NCBI GenBank assembly: GCA_964536485.1 | Contig: CAZHXX010000001.1 | Coordinates: 85,643 to 149,642, forward strand | Reading direction: 5' to 3' | Length of the DNA: 64,000 nucleotides | Source of the DNA: an uncultured Candidatus Saccharibacteria bacterium | GTDB lineage: Bacteria > Patescibacteriota > Saccharimonadia > Saccharimonadales > SZUA-47 | In this document: in pieces, positions 45,842 to 53,767 of the stretch | Position numbering within the stretch: the first letter of the stretch is position 1 | How the letters are laid out: every line of letters begins with the position of its first letter | The notes under the pieces: model-generated | What the model was told of the DNA's origin: nothing | The model's input: only the letters and a program-made list of their open reading frames with translations | Databases searched by the model: none | Made by a program: the position numbers and the translations under genes

Positions 45842-46249
45842 ATGTCACGAATCAAAAGAATATTACTAACCCTTATCGCTACTCTCGGTCTGGTCGCTCC
45901 AATGACAGCCGTAGCAAGTGCAGACATTGACAGCAGTCTCGGATGTGGGGCGAACCTTAGTTTCACTACAGATTCCAACGCTGATTGTGAGGCTGCAGCC
46001 GAAGAAGGTGCAGGAGACAGAATAGATAGAATTGTTAAAAACGTCATCAATATTATCTCTTTGGTAGTTGGTATTGCGGCAGTTGTCATGATTATCATTG
46101 GTGGCTTGCGATATGTAACTTCTAACGGTGATTCTGGACAGGTTGGGAATGCTAAGAATACCATCCTCTACGCAGTAGTAGGCCTTGTTGTTGTAGCGCT
46201 TGCGCAAGTAATTGTGCGCTTTGTCGTGGACCGTGCAACCACAAAATAA
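45842..46249 (+). CDS. VirB2/TrbC-type T4SS pilin paralog P6
   Basis: Signal peptide ..TAVASA and C-x13-C. VGIAAVVMIIIGGLRYVTSNGDSGQVGNAKNTILYAVVGLVVVALAQVIVRFVVDRAT. Confidence 0.85.
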   Translation: MSRIKRILLTLIATLGLVAPMTAVASADIDSSLGCGANLSFTTDSNADCEAAAEEGAGDRIDRIVKNVINIISLVVGIAAVVMIIIGGLRYVTSNGDSGQVGNAKNTILYAVVGLVVVALAQVIVRFVVDRATTK

Positions 46250-46276
46250 GTAACTTAGTGTGGTTTAAGAACAGAG

Positions 46277-46310
46277 AAAAAGCGCCTCATCACAGAGGTG
46301 CTTTTTTCTT
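46277..46310 (+). terminator. Rho-independent terminator after P6
   Basis: aaaaaGCGCCTCatcacaGAGGTGCttttttcttttt. A 7-bp stem with one G-U pair, then a T-run. Confidence 0.55.
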
Positions 46311-46358
46311 TTTCTATTTTATGCTACCCTGTTATTAGATTTATAATGGAGAAATTAA

Positions 46359-46796
46359 ATGAACAAAATTAAAAAAATCACCATGAATCTTTTAGCTCTA
46401 GCTGTACTTGCAGTGCCGTTTGCTACCCCCGCGCTTGTGCATGCTCAGGAGATTGAAAAGAATCTACAATGTGGGGCAAACCTCAAGTTCGATAACCCTG
46501 CAAGTGGATGTGAAACTGATGATTCAGGGAGTACCGCTGCACAGCGTGTCGATCAAATTGTAAGCCAGATTATCAACATTCTCTCGCTTGCAGTTGGTGT
46601 TGTTGCTGTCGTCATGATTATAATTGGTGGATTTAAGTATGTGACCTCTGGTGGCGATTCAGGTAATGTTACTGGTGCTAAGAATACCATCCTTTACGCC
46701 GTTGTAGGCCTTGTCGTCGTCGCGCTCGCGCAAGTAATAGTACGATTCGTCGTGGACCGTGCAACCGTAGGTGGCACCGCTACTACTGCAGATTAG
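46359..46796 (+). CDS. VirB2/TrbC-type T4SS pilin paralog P7
   Basis: GGAG SD 7 nt upstream. Signal peptide ..PALVHA and C-x12-C. VGVVAVVMIIIGGFKYVTSGGDSGNVTGAKNTILYAVVGLVVVALAQVIVRFVVDRAT. Confidence 0.85.
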   Translation: MNKIKKITMNLLALAVLAVPFATPALVHAQEIEKNLQCGANLKFDNPASGCETDDSGSTAAQRVDQIVSQIINILSLAVGVVAVVMIIIGGFKYVTSGGDSGNVTGAKNTILYAVVGLVVVALAQVIVRFVVDRATVGGTATTAD

Positions 46797-46813
46797 TTAC
46801 TTTATAGTAAATT

Positions 46814-46856
46814 AAAAAATGCCACTTGTTTGTTTTAAAACAAGTGGCATTTTTGT
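46814..46856. terminator. Bidirectional rho-independent terminator (P7 / hsp20)
   Basis: A 13-bp perfect stem, ATGCCACTTGTTT (46819-46831) / AAACAAGTGGCAT (38-50), with a 6-nt loop, an A-run upstream and a T-run downstream. Confidence 0.65.
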
Positions 46857-46871
46857 TTTAGACAAAGCTGT

Positions 46872-47369
46872 TTAAAGAATTTGAATCTTCTTTACCGTAT
46901 CTTGTTTTAGCTTCGTGAAGCTAATAGTCAAGACGCCGTCTTTAAGTACCGCTTCAATCTCATCTTCTTTGACGGGCACAGGAAGCGCAATGCTTCTGCT
47001 GAACTCACCCCAGTAACATTCTTGTACGAAGTAGTTCTCTACCCCGAGCTCTTCACCTGCAGACAAGGTGCCTCGAATGCTAAGTGTATTGTCAGCAATG
47101 CTGACATCGAGATCATTTTTGTTGACTCCTGCGGTGCGTGCCTTCACAACAAGCCGTTCTTTTGTCTCATAAACATCAACAGCAAGCTGACCAGGAACTG
47201 CTTCGTCTTCTTCCCAATCATCTTGGGGCTGCTCGTTATCTTGAGCGTCCATTCCCATATCATCATCTGCTGGCATAACAGCCATGTTTGATGTATCTTC
47301 TTCACCTAAAAACGCAGCAGTCAACTCGTCTTCTAGTAGTAGGTCTTCGTCGCGAGACTTTCTCGCCAT
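46872..47369 (-). CDS. Hsp20/alpha-crystallin small heat-shock protein with acidic N-terminal extension
   Basis: 165 aa. Alpha-crystallin core AVDVYETKERLVVKARTAGVNKNDLDVSI...GEFSRSIALPVPV...AVLKDGVLTISF. Confidence 0.9.
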   Translation of the reverse strand: MARKSRDEDLLLEDELTAAFLGEEDTSNMAVMPADDDMGMDAQDNEQPQDDWEEDEAVPGQLAVDVYETKERLVVKARTAGVNKNDLDVSIADNTLSIRGTLSAGEELGVENYFVQECYWGEFSRSIALPVPVKEDEIEAVLKDGVLTISFTKLKQDTVKKIQIL

Positions 47370-47548
47370 AGTAACTTCCCTCCTTTAGATAGTAGAAGCT
47401 TGAGGTAAGGACGGTCTATTTTAGGGCCGTCTTAGTTCAAGCGTTTTTATGTTACTTAACAGTATACCGAAGACGTACCCCTAACAGCAACATGCTTCCG
47501 CTATATTTACAACACAATAATGACAACAAGAGAATTATACTAAGAGTT

Positions 47549-48226
47549 ATGTTAGTGCAAGATGTGGTTGTTGGCCTTATTGCTCCGCACGCGTGCCTTG
47601 GATGCCAGAGGCTGGGTAGTCTTCTCTGCGATGACTGTATCGAGCAGTATTTTGAGTTTGTGCAGCCACGTTGTGCGGGATGCCGTAAGCTTAGTGAAAA
47701 CTTCAGGGTGTGTTCTAGTTGCAGAACCACTCTTCCTCTGAAAAATATCTTTGTCGCAGGTAATTACGAAAATGTATCAGAGAAACTTATCTCAATAACA
47801 AAATTTGAATATGCTCGCGCGGGGGTAGCCCCCATGGCAAAAATACTCGCTGAAGTACTTGCTCGTTATAAAACCGAAGGGATGCTTCTATGCTGTATAC
47901 CAACTGCTCCTTCTCGGATCAGACAAAGAGGTTTTGACCATGCCAAGCTGTTAACGCATCAGTTAGGAAGAATACTAAAAATGAAGGAAGAACATTTTCT
48001 GAGGAGAGTAAATAACTCTCGTCAGGTTGGCTCAAATCGTGCTGATCGTCTACAGCAAACAAAAGAAGCATATGAAGTTACGCATGAAGAAAAAGTGAAA
48101 GGCAAGCACATAGTGCTTGTTGATGACGTCATGACGACAGGCGCAACTTTAGCCACTACGGCAAGACTACTAAAGCAAGCAGGCGCCAAGAGTGTTTCTG
48201 CAATTGTTTTCGCGCAGAAGCTATAG
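47549..48226 (+). CDS. comFC: ComF-family phosphoribosyltransferase (ComFC-like)
   Basis: Start chosen at ATG 47549. N-terminal 4-Cys zinc finger pairs (CLGCQ..CDDC, CAGCR..CSSC). PRT motif IVLVDDVMTTGATL. Confidence 0.8.
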   Translation: MLVQDVVVGLIAPHACLGCQRLGSLLCDDCIEQYFEFVQPRCAGCRKLSENFRVCSSCRTTLPLKNIFVAGNYENVSEKLISITKFEYARAGVAPMAKILAEVLARYKTEGMLLCCIPTAPSRIRQRGFDHAKLLTHQLGRILKMKEEHFLRRVNNSRQVGSNRADRLQQTKEAYEVTHEEKVKGKHIVLVDDVMTTGATLATTARLLKQAGAKSVSAIVFAQKL

Positions 48227-48411
48227 CAGGAGCATACACAACGCTTGATTTAGATTAACGGAGAGGAATGAGAATACCTAAATAATCTATCAGCCCTAAG
48301 GGTGATGAAACTATTTAGCGAACCCTTTTATTGCTAAAGCAAAAAGGTCGGGTTCGAACACACTATCTATTTCGCCAATAAATAAATCCTAGCAAGCTAG
48401 GGCATATCTAT

Positions 48412-48501
48412 TGGCGGAGAGAGAGGGATTCGAACCCTCGGTACCCTTGCGGGCACGACAGTTTTCAAGACTGTTTCCTTCAACCACTCGGACATCTCTC
48501 C
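48412..48501 (-). tRNA. tRNA-Ser (anticodon UGA), CCA encoded
   Basis: The reverse strand reads GGAGAGA..ACAGT-CTTGAAA-ACTGT..long variable arm..GAGGG-TTCGAAT-CCCTC-TCTCTCC-G-CCA. All four stems pair. Confidence 0.9.
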
Positions 48502-48570
48502 AGATGGAAAGATTATAGCATTCGTATCTGTTATTTGCAAAACGGTATTGTATACCGTATCATATTTTTT

Positions 48571-48933
48571 ATGAGAACCACCCAACTAAAAGGAGATTAT
48601 GCGGTCACGCAAGCGATTGCATCTTTTACTAAGGTGGGGTTTGACGTCTCTCTGCCCATAACAGAGTCGGCCGCTTACGATATAATTGTAGATTGCAAAG
48701 GTGAACTTAAAAAAGTTCAGGTCAGATATTTTACGGGAAAAATTGTAGAGCTTCGCAGGATTCATTCGAACTCTAAAGGATACGTAATTAAGAAAACAAA
48801 GGAAAATGCATATGATTGGCTATACGCTCTCAATGATTCTGGAGAAGAATTTCTACTGAAGAAGTGCTTTAGTAATAGAAGATCGGTCACCCCTCAAAAA
48901 ACTGATTTATTAAGTGAGTCTTTTAAGAATTAA
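48571..48933 (+). CDS. Small PD-(D/E)XK nuclease-like protein
   Basis: Start chosen at ATG 48571. The KGDYAVTQAI...AAYDIIVDCKGELKKVQVRY pattern (D...D-x-K-like core) recalls the group-I-intron-type PD-(D/E)XK family. Assigned from memory only. Confidence 0.45.
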   Translation: MRTTQLKGDYAVTQAIASFTKVGFDVSLPITESAAYDIIVDCKGELKKVQVRYFTGKIVELRRIHSNSKGYVIKKTKENAYDWLYALNDSGEEFLLKKCFSNRRSVTPQKTDLLSESFKN

Positions 48934-48934
48934 A

Positions 48935-50698
48935 TTATCGATAGCCCTCTGCTTGAAGCTCAAACATTTCTTTGTAGAGCCCATTAAATGCAAGCAGTTC
49001 TTCATGACTACCATACTCAATAATTTTACCGTCTGCCATTACGATGATGGCATCAGCTTTTCTCACGGTACTAAAGCGGTGGCTAACAATCAGCGTGGTT
49101 CTCCCCTCGTGTTCTTTGTAGATGTTATTAAAAATTGAAAATTCTGCCTTTGCATCGATAGCACTCGTTGGCTCGTCAAGAATCATGATGTCGCCATCTC
49201 TTAATAATGCCCGGGCGACACCTAGGCGCTGTAGCTGCCCGCCAGATAAATCGGTCCCATCTTTAAACGAAGTATCGAGTCTTGAGTCAAGCTTGTGCTT
49301 AAGTTTTGAAGTAAAGTTGCTCGCGCCTACGAGTTCCAAAGCATGCACTATCTTCTCTTCTGGCTGATCTTCTATCCCTAGAGTTAAATTGTCTTTGATA
49401 GTAAGGTGAGAGACTGTCAGGAAATTCTGGCTGAGATTGCTGATTGCTGCATAGTAACTCTCTTGCTCTATATCTGCGATATCCACTCCATTGACGAGAA
49501 TCTGGCCACTCGTCGGGAGATATTGGCGCAGTATAAGCTTTAATAGAGTTGACTTTCCTGCCCCATTTTCACCCACGAGTGCTAGTTTACTGCCAGGGAC
49601 TATGACAAAAGAGATTCCTTCAAGGGTGTTTTCTTCTGCTGTTGGATAACGAAAAGACACGTCGCAGAATTCTATAGTAAGCGGACGGTCTACTATAACG
49701 GTACCATTTGGTAGGTCCGTCTTAAGGTCAAGAATTACCTTAAAATTTTCTAGCTCAATAAACCGTTGGTCCATACTCTGCAGGGAGTTTGCTATAGCAT
49801 TAACGGAGCCTACAAGTTGGTCTGTTAACCCTCTTAAGAATATAAAGCGATCAAGTGCAATTGATCCTGCGATCAAAGAGCGAAAGAATATCACGGTAGC
49901 AATCGTACTTGCTAAGGGCTCGGATAAGTCGGTGAGTGTCGCCTCTAAATTGTTTCGTCGCATCATACGATAAAAGGAGTCATCCGTTTTGGTCTTGTAT
50001 TTTTCCCACTGCTTTAGCAGGTTAGAAAAGCCATTTATGAGGCGTACTTCGGGCATAGAGTGTGGGTCTACAAGTAGCCAGCGGGTGCGGTAAGTGATGC
50101 GCTCAATTGGCTCTGTCTCGCGGTACACCTTTTCACTGTATCTATTTTGTTTTAACCCAAGCAGTATCCCAGGAATACTCAGTAAAATGACGGTAGCACC
50201 TACAAGTGGGGAGACGCTAAAAATTGCGAGGAATGCACCAAAGAATCGAACCACTGATGAGGTAAGCCAAGAAAGTTCCGTAAGCATTCTGCCCGTAGAG
50301 TTTAGCCCGTCATGAGCTCGTTCAATCGCAGTAGTGAACTCTTCGCTCTCAAATTGCGATTGGCTAAGCTCATACATTTTAATCATTATTTTTTTGTTGA
50401 AAGCAGTTTGAAAAGTGTTATTCAGCTTGGTGTCTATTATTGAATTTGCTGTAAGGATGCATTTCTCTATGACTTGCAAGACTATGAGGTAGAGTAGCCA
50501 GCGATACACCTCCTCCACTGGCGCGTCGGTGAGTGCGACTTTTGTTGCAGATGAGAGCACTTGAGCGGACAGGTAGACAAGCACTATAGAGGAGAGACCG
50601 TCAAAAACTGAATAAAAAAACTTCCACACAAAATATGTACGAGAAATTTTAAACTGCTCGGAAAATACCCACCAAAGTAACTGTGCTTTTTTCTTCAT
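48935..50698 (-). CDS. ABC exporter, fused permease-ATPase (MsbA/type I exporter-like)
   Basis: 587 aa. A 6-TM N-half, Walker A GENGAGKST, signature LSGGQLQRL, Walker B IMILDEPTS. Confidence 0.9.
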   Translation of the reverse strand: MKKKAQLLWWVFSEQFKISRTYFVWKFFYSVFDGLSSIVLVYLSAQVLSSATKVALTDAPVEEVYRWLLYLIVLQVIEKCILTANSIIDTKLNNTFQTAFNKKIMIKMYELSQSQFESEEFTTAIERAHDGLNSTGRMLTELSWLTSSVVRFFGAFLAIFSVSPLVGATVILLSIPGILLGLKQNRYSEKVYRETEPIERITYRTRWLLVDPHSMPEVRLINGFSNLLKQWEKYKTKTDDSFYRMMRRNNLEATLTDLSEPLASTIATVIFFRSLIAGSIALDRFIFLRGLTDQLVGSVNAIANSLQSMDQRFIELENFKVILDLKTDLPNGTVIVDRPLTIEFCDVSFRYPTAEENTLEGISFVIVPGSKLALVGENGAGKSTLLKLILRQYLPTSGQILVNGVDIADIEQESYYAAISNLSQNFLTVSHLTIKDNLTLGIEDQPEEKIVHALELVGASNFTSKLKHKLDSRLDTSFKDGTDLSGGQLQRLGVARALLRDGDIMILDEPTSAIDAKAEFSIFNNIYKEHEGRTTLIVSHRFSTVRKADAIIVMADGKIIEYGSHEELLAFNGLYKEMFELQAEGYR

Positions 50699-50705
50699 AA
50701 TGTAG

Positions 50706-50795
50706 TGGCGGAGGGAGAGGGATTTGAACCCTCGATGGGATTGCTCCCAAACCGCCTTTCCAAGGCGGCGCCATAGGCCACTAGGCGACCCCTCC
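50706..50795 (-). tRNA. tRNA-Ser (anticodon GGA), CCA encoded
   Basis: The reverse strand reads GGAGGGG..CCGCC-TTGGAAA-GGCGG..long variable arm..GAGGG-TTCAAAT-CCCTC-TCCCTCC-G-CCA. Confidence 0.9.
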
Positions 50796-50908
50796 GCATA
50801 AACCTCATTCTAACAGAATAGTTTCGTAGGTAAGCAAACAAAACAAAAAATATTTTTCTCTCCCCTTATGCTTGCGACTTTGGTTATAACAGATGTAAAA
50901 TGGGGTAA

Positions 50909-51763
50909 ATGTCACTCATTGAAATATCAGACGTTTCCAAAGTTTATGGCTTTGGAGATGCGACAACCGTCGCCCTTGATGAAGTCAGCCTTACTATTGA
51001 AAAAGGAGAGTTTATTGCCGTCATGGGGCCGAGTGGCTCTGGCAAGACGACGCTCATGAATATCCTTGGCCTTCTCGATCGCCCGACCCATGGGGTATAC
51101 AGGCTGAACGGGAAAGATGTTGCGCGTATAGGCAAACTTCGCCAGGCAAAAACTCGACGCGATCAAGTAGGCTTTATCTTCCAGTCTTTTAACCTTTTGC
51201 CTCGTATGACGGTGATTGAAAATGTTGCGCTTCCGCTCGCCTATAAAGGGATGGGCCAAACGCGCCGACTAAAGGCAGCCTCACAGGCGTTGAAACAGGT
51301 AGGTCTTACCGACAGAGAATATTATTTACCAAGCCAGCTTTCCGGCGGGCAGTTACAGCGCGCAGCTATTGCCCGAGCACTTGTAAACGGCCCAAATATT
51401 ATTATTGCCGACGAGCCTACAGGAAATCTTGATAGTGTCTCGGCGCGAGTTGTGATGGAGCTGTTGAGCGAAATTCATAAACTTGGCAATACTGTCTTGA
51501 TGGTAACGCATAATCCTTCCCTCACCCGCTATGCAGATAGAATCCTCTACATGCTAGATGGCAATATTGTCTATGATGAGGCGACTGCTGTCGGCGAAAT
51601 TCCGTCTCGAGTCCAGAAAGCAGTGAATGCTCTGCGACAATCAGATGATGATGAAAAAGCAGCCAATGTGAGCGCTGTTATGGAAACAATGCCCGACCCT
51701 ACCGAGCAAAAGAGAACGCCTCAAAAGCGAAAGAAACACCAGAAGCGAGGCAAGAAGCGATGA
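50909..51763 (+). CDS. ABC transporter ATPase (MacB/LolD/FtsE-like) with basic C-terminal tail
   Basis: Walker [11 protein letters not shown]-loop, [20 protein letters not shown]. Tail [17 protein letters not shown]. Confidence 0.92.
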   Translation: MSLIEISDVSKVYGFGDATTVALDEVSLTIEKGEFIAVMGPSGSGKTTLMNILGLLDRPTHGVYRLNGKDVARIGKLRQAKTRRDQVGFIFQSFNLLPRMTVIENVALPLAYKGMGQTRRLKAASQALKQVGLTDREYYLPSQLSGGQLQRAAIARALVNGPNIIIADEPTGNLDSVSARVVMELLSEIHKLGNTVLMVTHNPSLTRYADRILYMLDGNIVYDEATAVGEIPSRVQKAVNALRQSDDDEKAANVSAVMETMPDPTEQKRTPQKRKKHQKRGKKR

Positions 51764-52977
51764 TTTTTGAATACTACAAAATGGCTGTTTCATCTATTCG
51801 GGGCGCTCGTTTTCGTAGTTTTTTGACAATGTTTGGCATCATTATTGGTGTAAGTTCCGTAGTGACTATTGTTGGGCTTGGCGAAGGAGTTAAGCAACAA
51901 GTTTCTACCCAGGTAGACGCCGTATCTGATTCACTTGTTATTGTTAGGCCCGGAAAGCGTGATAACGCACGTGCTCTTAACTTTGATTCACTTCGTTCTT
52001 TTACGAGCAGTAGTGGCAGTTTGAGCGAGAAGGATTGGCGTGACAGCGAGAAGGTTGAAGGAGTGTCCGCTGTTGTGCCTGTTGGGATCGTGAGCGGGAT
52101 TGTCAGCTATGAAGCTGACGAGTACGCTAACGGCACTATTATTGCCACAACCGAACGTCTCCCCGCACTCCTTAATCAGAAAGTTGAGTTCGGTAATTTC
52201 TTTACGGCCAGTGACTATACGCGTAATGTCGCGATCATAGGAAGAGATGTTGCAGAGCGCCTTTTTAAAGAGAACGTTCCCGTAGGAAAAAGCCTGAGTA
52301 TACGGGGTAAAAACTTTATAGTTCAAGGGGTGTTTGAGCAACAAAAGTCTGGCACATTTGCTGAAATGAACATTAATAATTCCGTCATAATTCCCTATGA
52401 CACAGCTCGCGAACTTGGCGGAGCGATCCAAATAATGCAAGTCTATGTTGAATCAAAAACACCAGAGTCTGTCCAGACGGTTGCGGAAAAATTGAGCGAG
52501 ACACTTAAAACTAACCATGCTGGTCAAGAAGATTTTACGATATTGCAAAAAGATGAAGCACTTGAAGCAACAAACGAGGTATTTTATCAGCTGACGCTCT
52601 TTATTGCCGGTGTGGCCTTCATATCCTTTATCGTTGGCGGTATCGGCATTATGAATATTATGTTTGCGACTGTCAGCGAAAGAACTCGCGAGATTGGCAT
52701 ACGTAAGGCAATTGGGGCGACAAATGCTCAAATTCTCGGCCAATTTATTATGGAGGCAGTGGTGCTCAGTGTCGTCGGGAGTATTGTAGGAATTATGCTG
52801 TCGTTTCTCGCAAATGCGATTATTCGCGTGACTACAGATCTTCAGCCAGTTACGACTCCAGAAGTAGTGGTAATTGTTGCTGGGCTTTCTGCACTGACGG
52901 GTATTGTCTCTGGGTTGTTGCCGGCAGCTAAAGCAGCACGCAAAGACCCTATCGCCTCGTTACGATCTGAAGCATAG
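51760..52977 (+). CDS. ABC transporter permease (MacB-type, FtsX domain)
   Basis: ATGA overlap with the ATPase gene. N-terminal TM, ~230-aa periplasmic-type domain and 3 C-terminal TM helices, with RTREIGIRKAIGA. Confidence 0.9.
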   Translation: MIFEYYKMAVSSIRGARFRSFLTMFGIIIGVSSVVTIVGLGEGVKQQVSTQVDAVSDSLVIVRPGKRDNARALNFDSLRSFTSSSGSLSEKDWRDSEKVEGVSAVVPVGIVSGIVSYEADEYANGTIIATTERLPALLNQKVEFGNFFTASDYTRNVAIIGRDVAERLFKENVPVGKSLSIRGKNFIVQGVFEQQKSGTFAEMNINNSVIIPYDTARELGGAIQIMQVYVESKTPESVQTVAEKLSETLKTNHAGQEDFTILQKDEALEATNEVFYQLTLFIAGVAFISFIVGGIGIMNIMFATVSERTREIGIRKAIGATNAQILGQFIMEAVVLSVVGSIVGIMLSFLANAIIRVTTDLQPVTTPEVVVIVAGLSALTGIVSGLLPAAKAARKDPIASLRSEA

Positions 52978-53022
52978 TTTCTGGTTGCGCAAGCGACGCA
53001 AAATACGAGATACTTAACGGTA

Positions 53023-53622
53023 ATGAGTTTACGCCGGTTTAATAACATTTTTTCTATTGCGATTGTCTTGCTAGGACTTTATATTAGCTTTGCGCCTTTT
53101 CTCCCCCAAATTGCTTATTTGTTTCGAGATAAATCACCCGAAGCGTCTGCGCCTTACGCCGGTGCGCTCGCTAAAAGTATTGGCTCAACAGCAACTGCCC
53201 CGCCACCACAAGAACACAGAATCGTCATTCCCTCTATACAGCTGAACGAACCTATCGTAGAGTCAAAAACAATCGCTGCAATAAAAGATGGTGGGACCTG
53301 GCGACGGCCTAATACATCCACCCCGACACAAGAGGGAAATACTGTTATTGTTGCCCATCGTTTTTATGGGAATAACACCTCTACGTTTTATCACTTAGAC
53401 AAGGTAAAAGTCGGAGACAAGATTGCGCTTTACTGGGATAACGAAGAAGTGTTATATGAGGTAAGCGAAACAAAGGTTGTTGAACCAGACGCGGTTTCTA
53501 TCGAAGCCCCTACTTCCGAAAAACGACTCACACTTTACACTTGTACTCCTTTGTGGACAGCAAAACAGCGCCTTGTCGTTGTTGCCCATCCTATCGATAT
53601 AACAAGCGGGAGCGACCTATGA
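53023..53622 (+). CDS. Sortase (cysteine transpeptidase)
   Basis: N-terminal TM. Catalytic His in TVIVAHRF, TLYTCTP (TLxTC), Arg in KQRLVVVA. Confidence 0.85.
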   Translation: MSLRRFNNIFSIAIVLLGLYISFAPFLPQIAYLFRDKSPEASAPYAGALAKSIGSTATAPPPQEHRIVIPSIQLNEPIVESKTIAAIKDGGTWRRPNTSTPTQEGNTVIVAHRFYGNNTSTFYHLDKVKVGDKIALYWDNEEVLYEVSETKVVEPDAVSIEAPTSEKRLTLYTCTPLWTAKQRLVVVAHPIDITSGSDL

Positions 53623-53765
53623 AAAAGTCCCTAAAAAAGCTACAGCATATCCAGATAACTGAAAAGCAACGGACGTTAGTGCTCGTGGTACTTCTGGTGA
53701 TTGCACTCGGCTTTATTTATTGGACCAAAAATAGCTACGATGCTAATTTTGTTGATGGGTTTTAA
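53619..53765 (+). CDS. Possible 48-aa single-TM protein coupled to sortase
   Basis: ATG 53619 overlaps the sortase stop (ATGA). MKKSLKK...LVLVVLLVIALGFIYW. No homology evidence. Confidence 0.35.
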   Translation: MKKSLKKLQHIQITEKQRTLVLVVLLVIALGFIYWTKNSYDANFVDGF

Positions 53766-53767
53766 GC

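Noticed and set aside
46342-46347. TATAAT box upstream of pilin P7 as its -10 element
   Set aside because: It lies only 11 nt from the ATG and overlaps a well-spaced GGAG SD, and the -35 position reads TTATGC. The promoter location is left unresolved.
47400-47445. Short inverted repeat (GACGG..CCGTC) upstream of hsp20 as a heat-shock operator
   Set aside because: It has only 5-7 bp with an indel and does not match CIRCE, HAIR or the sigma-32 consensus.
48330-48370. GGTTCGAAC T-loop-like motif suggesting a tRNA fragment or att remnant
   Set aside because: No complementary T-stem or acceptor pairing on either strand, and no match to the 3' end of the adjacent tRNA-Ser.
28114-48411. Idea that the T4SS block is an ICE integrated at tRNA-Ser(UGA)
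   Set aside because: There is no integrase, relaxase or coupling protein and no direct repeat of the tRNA 3' end. The left boundary would fall in a 7-nt gap after recF, and the block includes housekeeping hsp20 and comFC.
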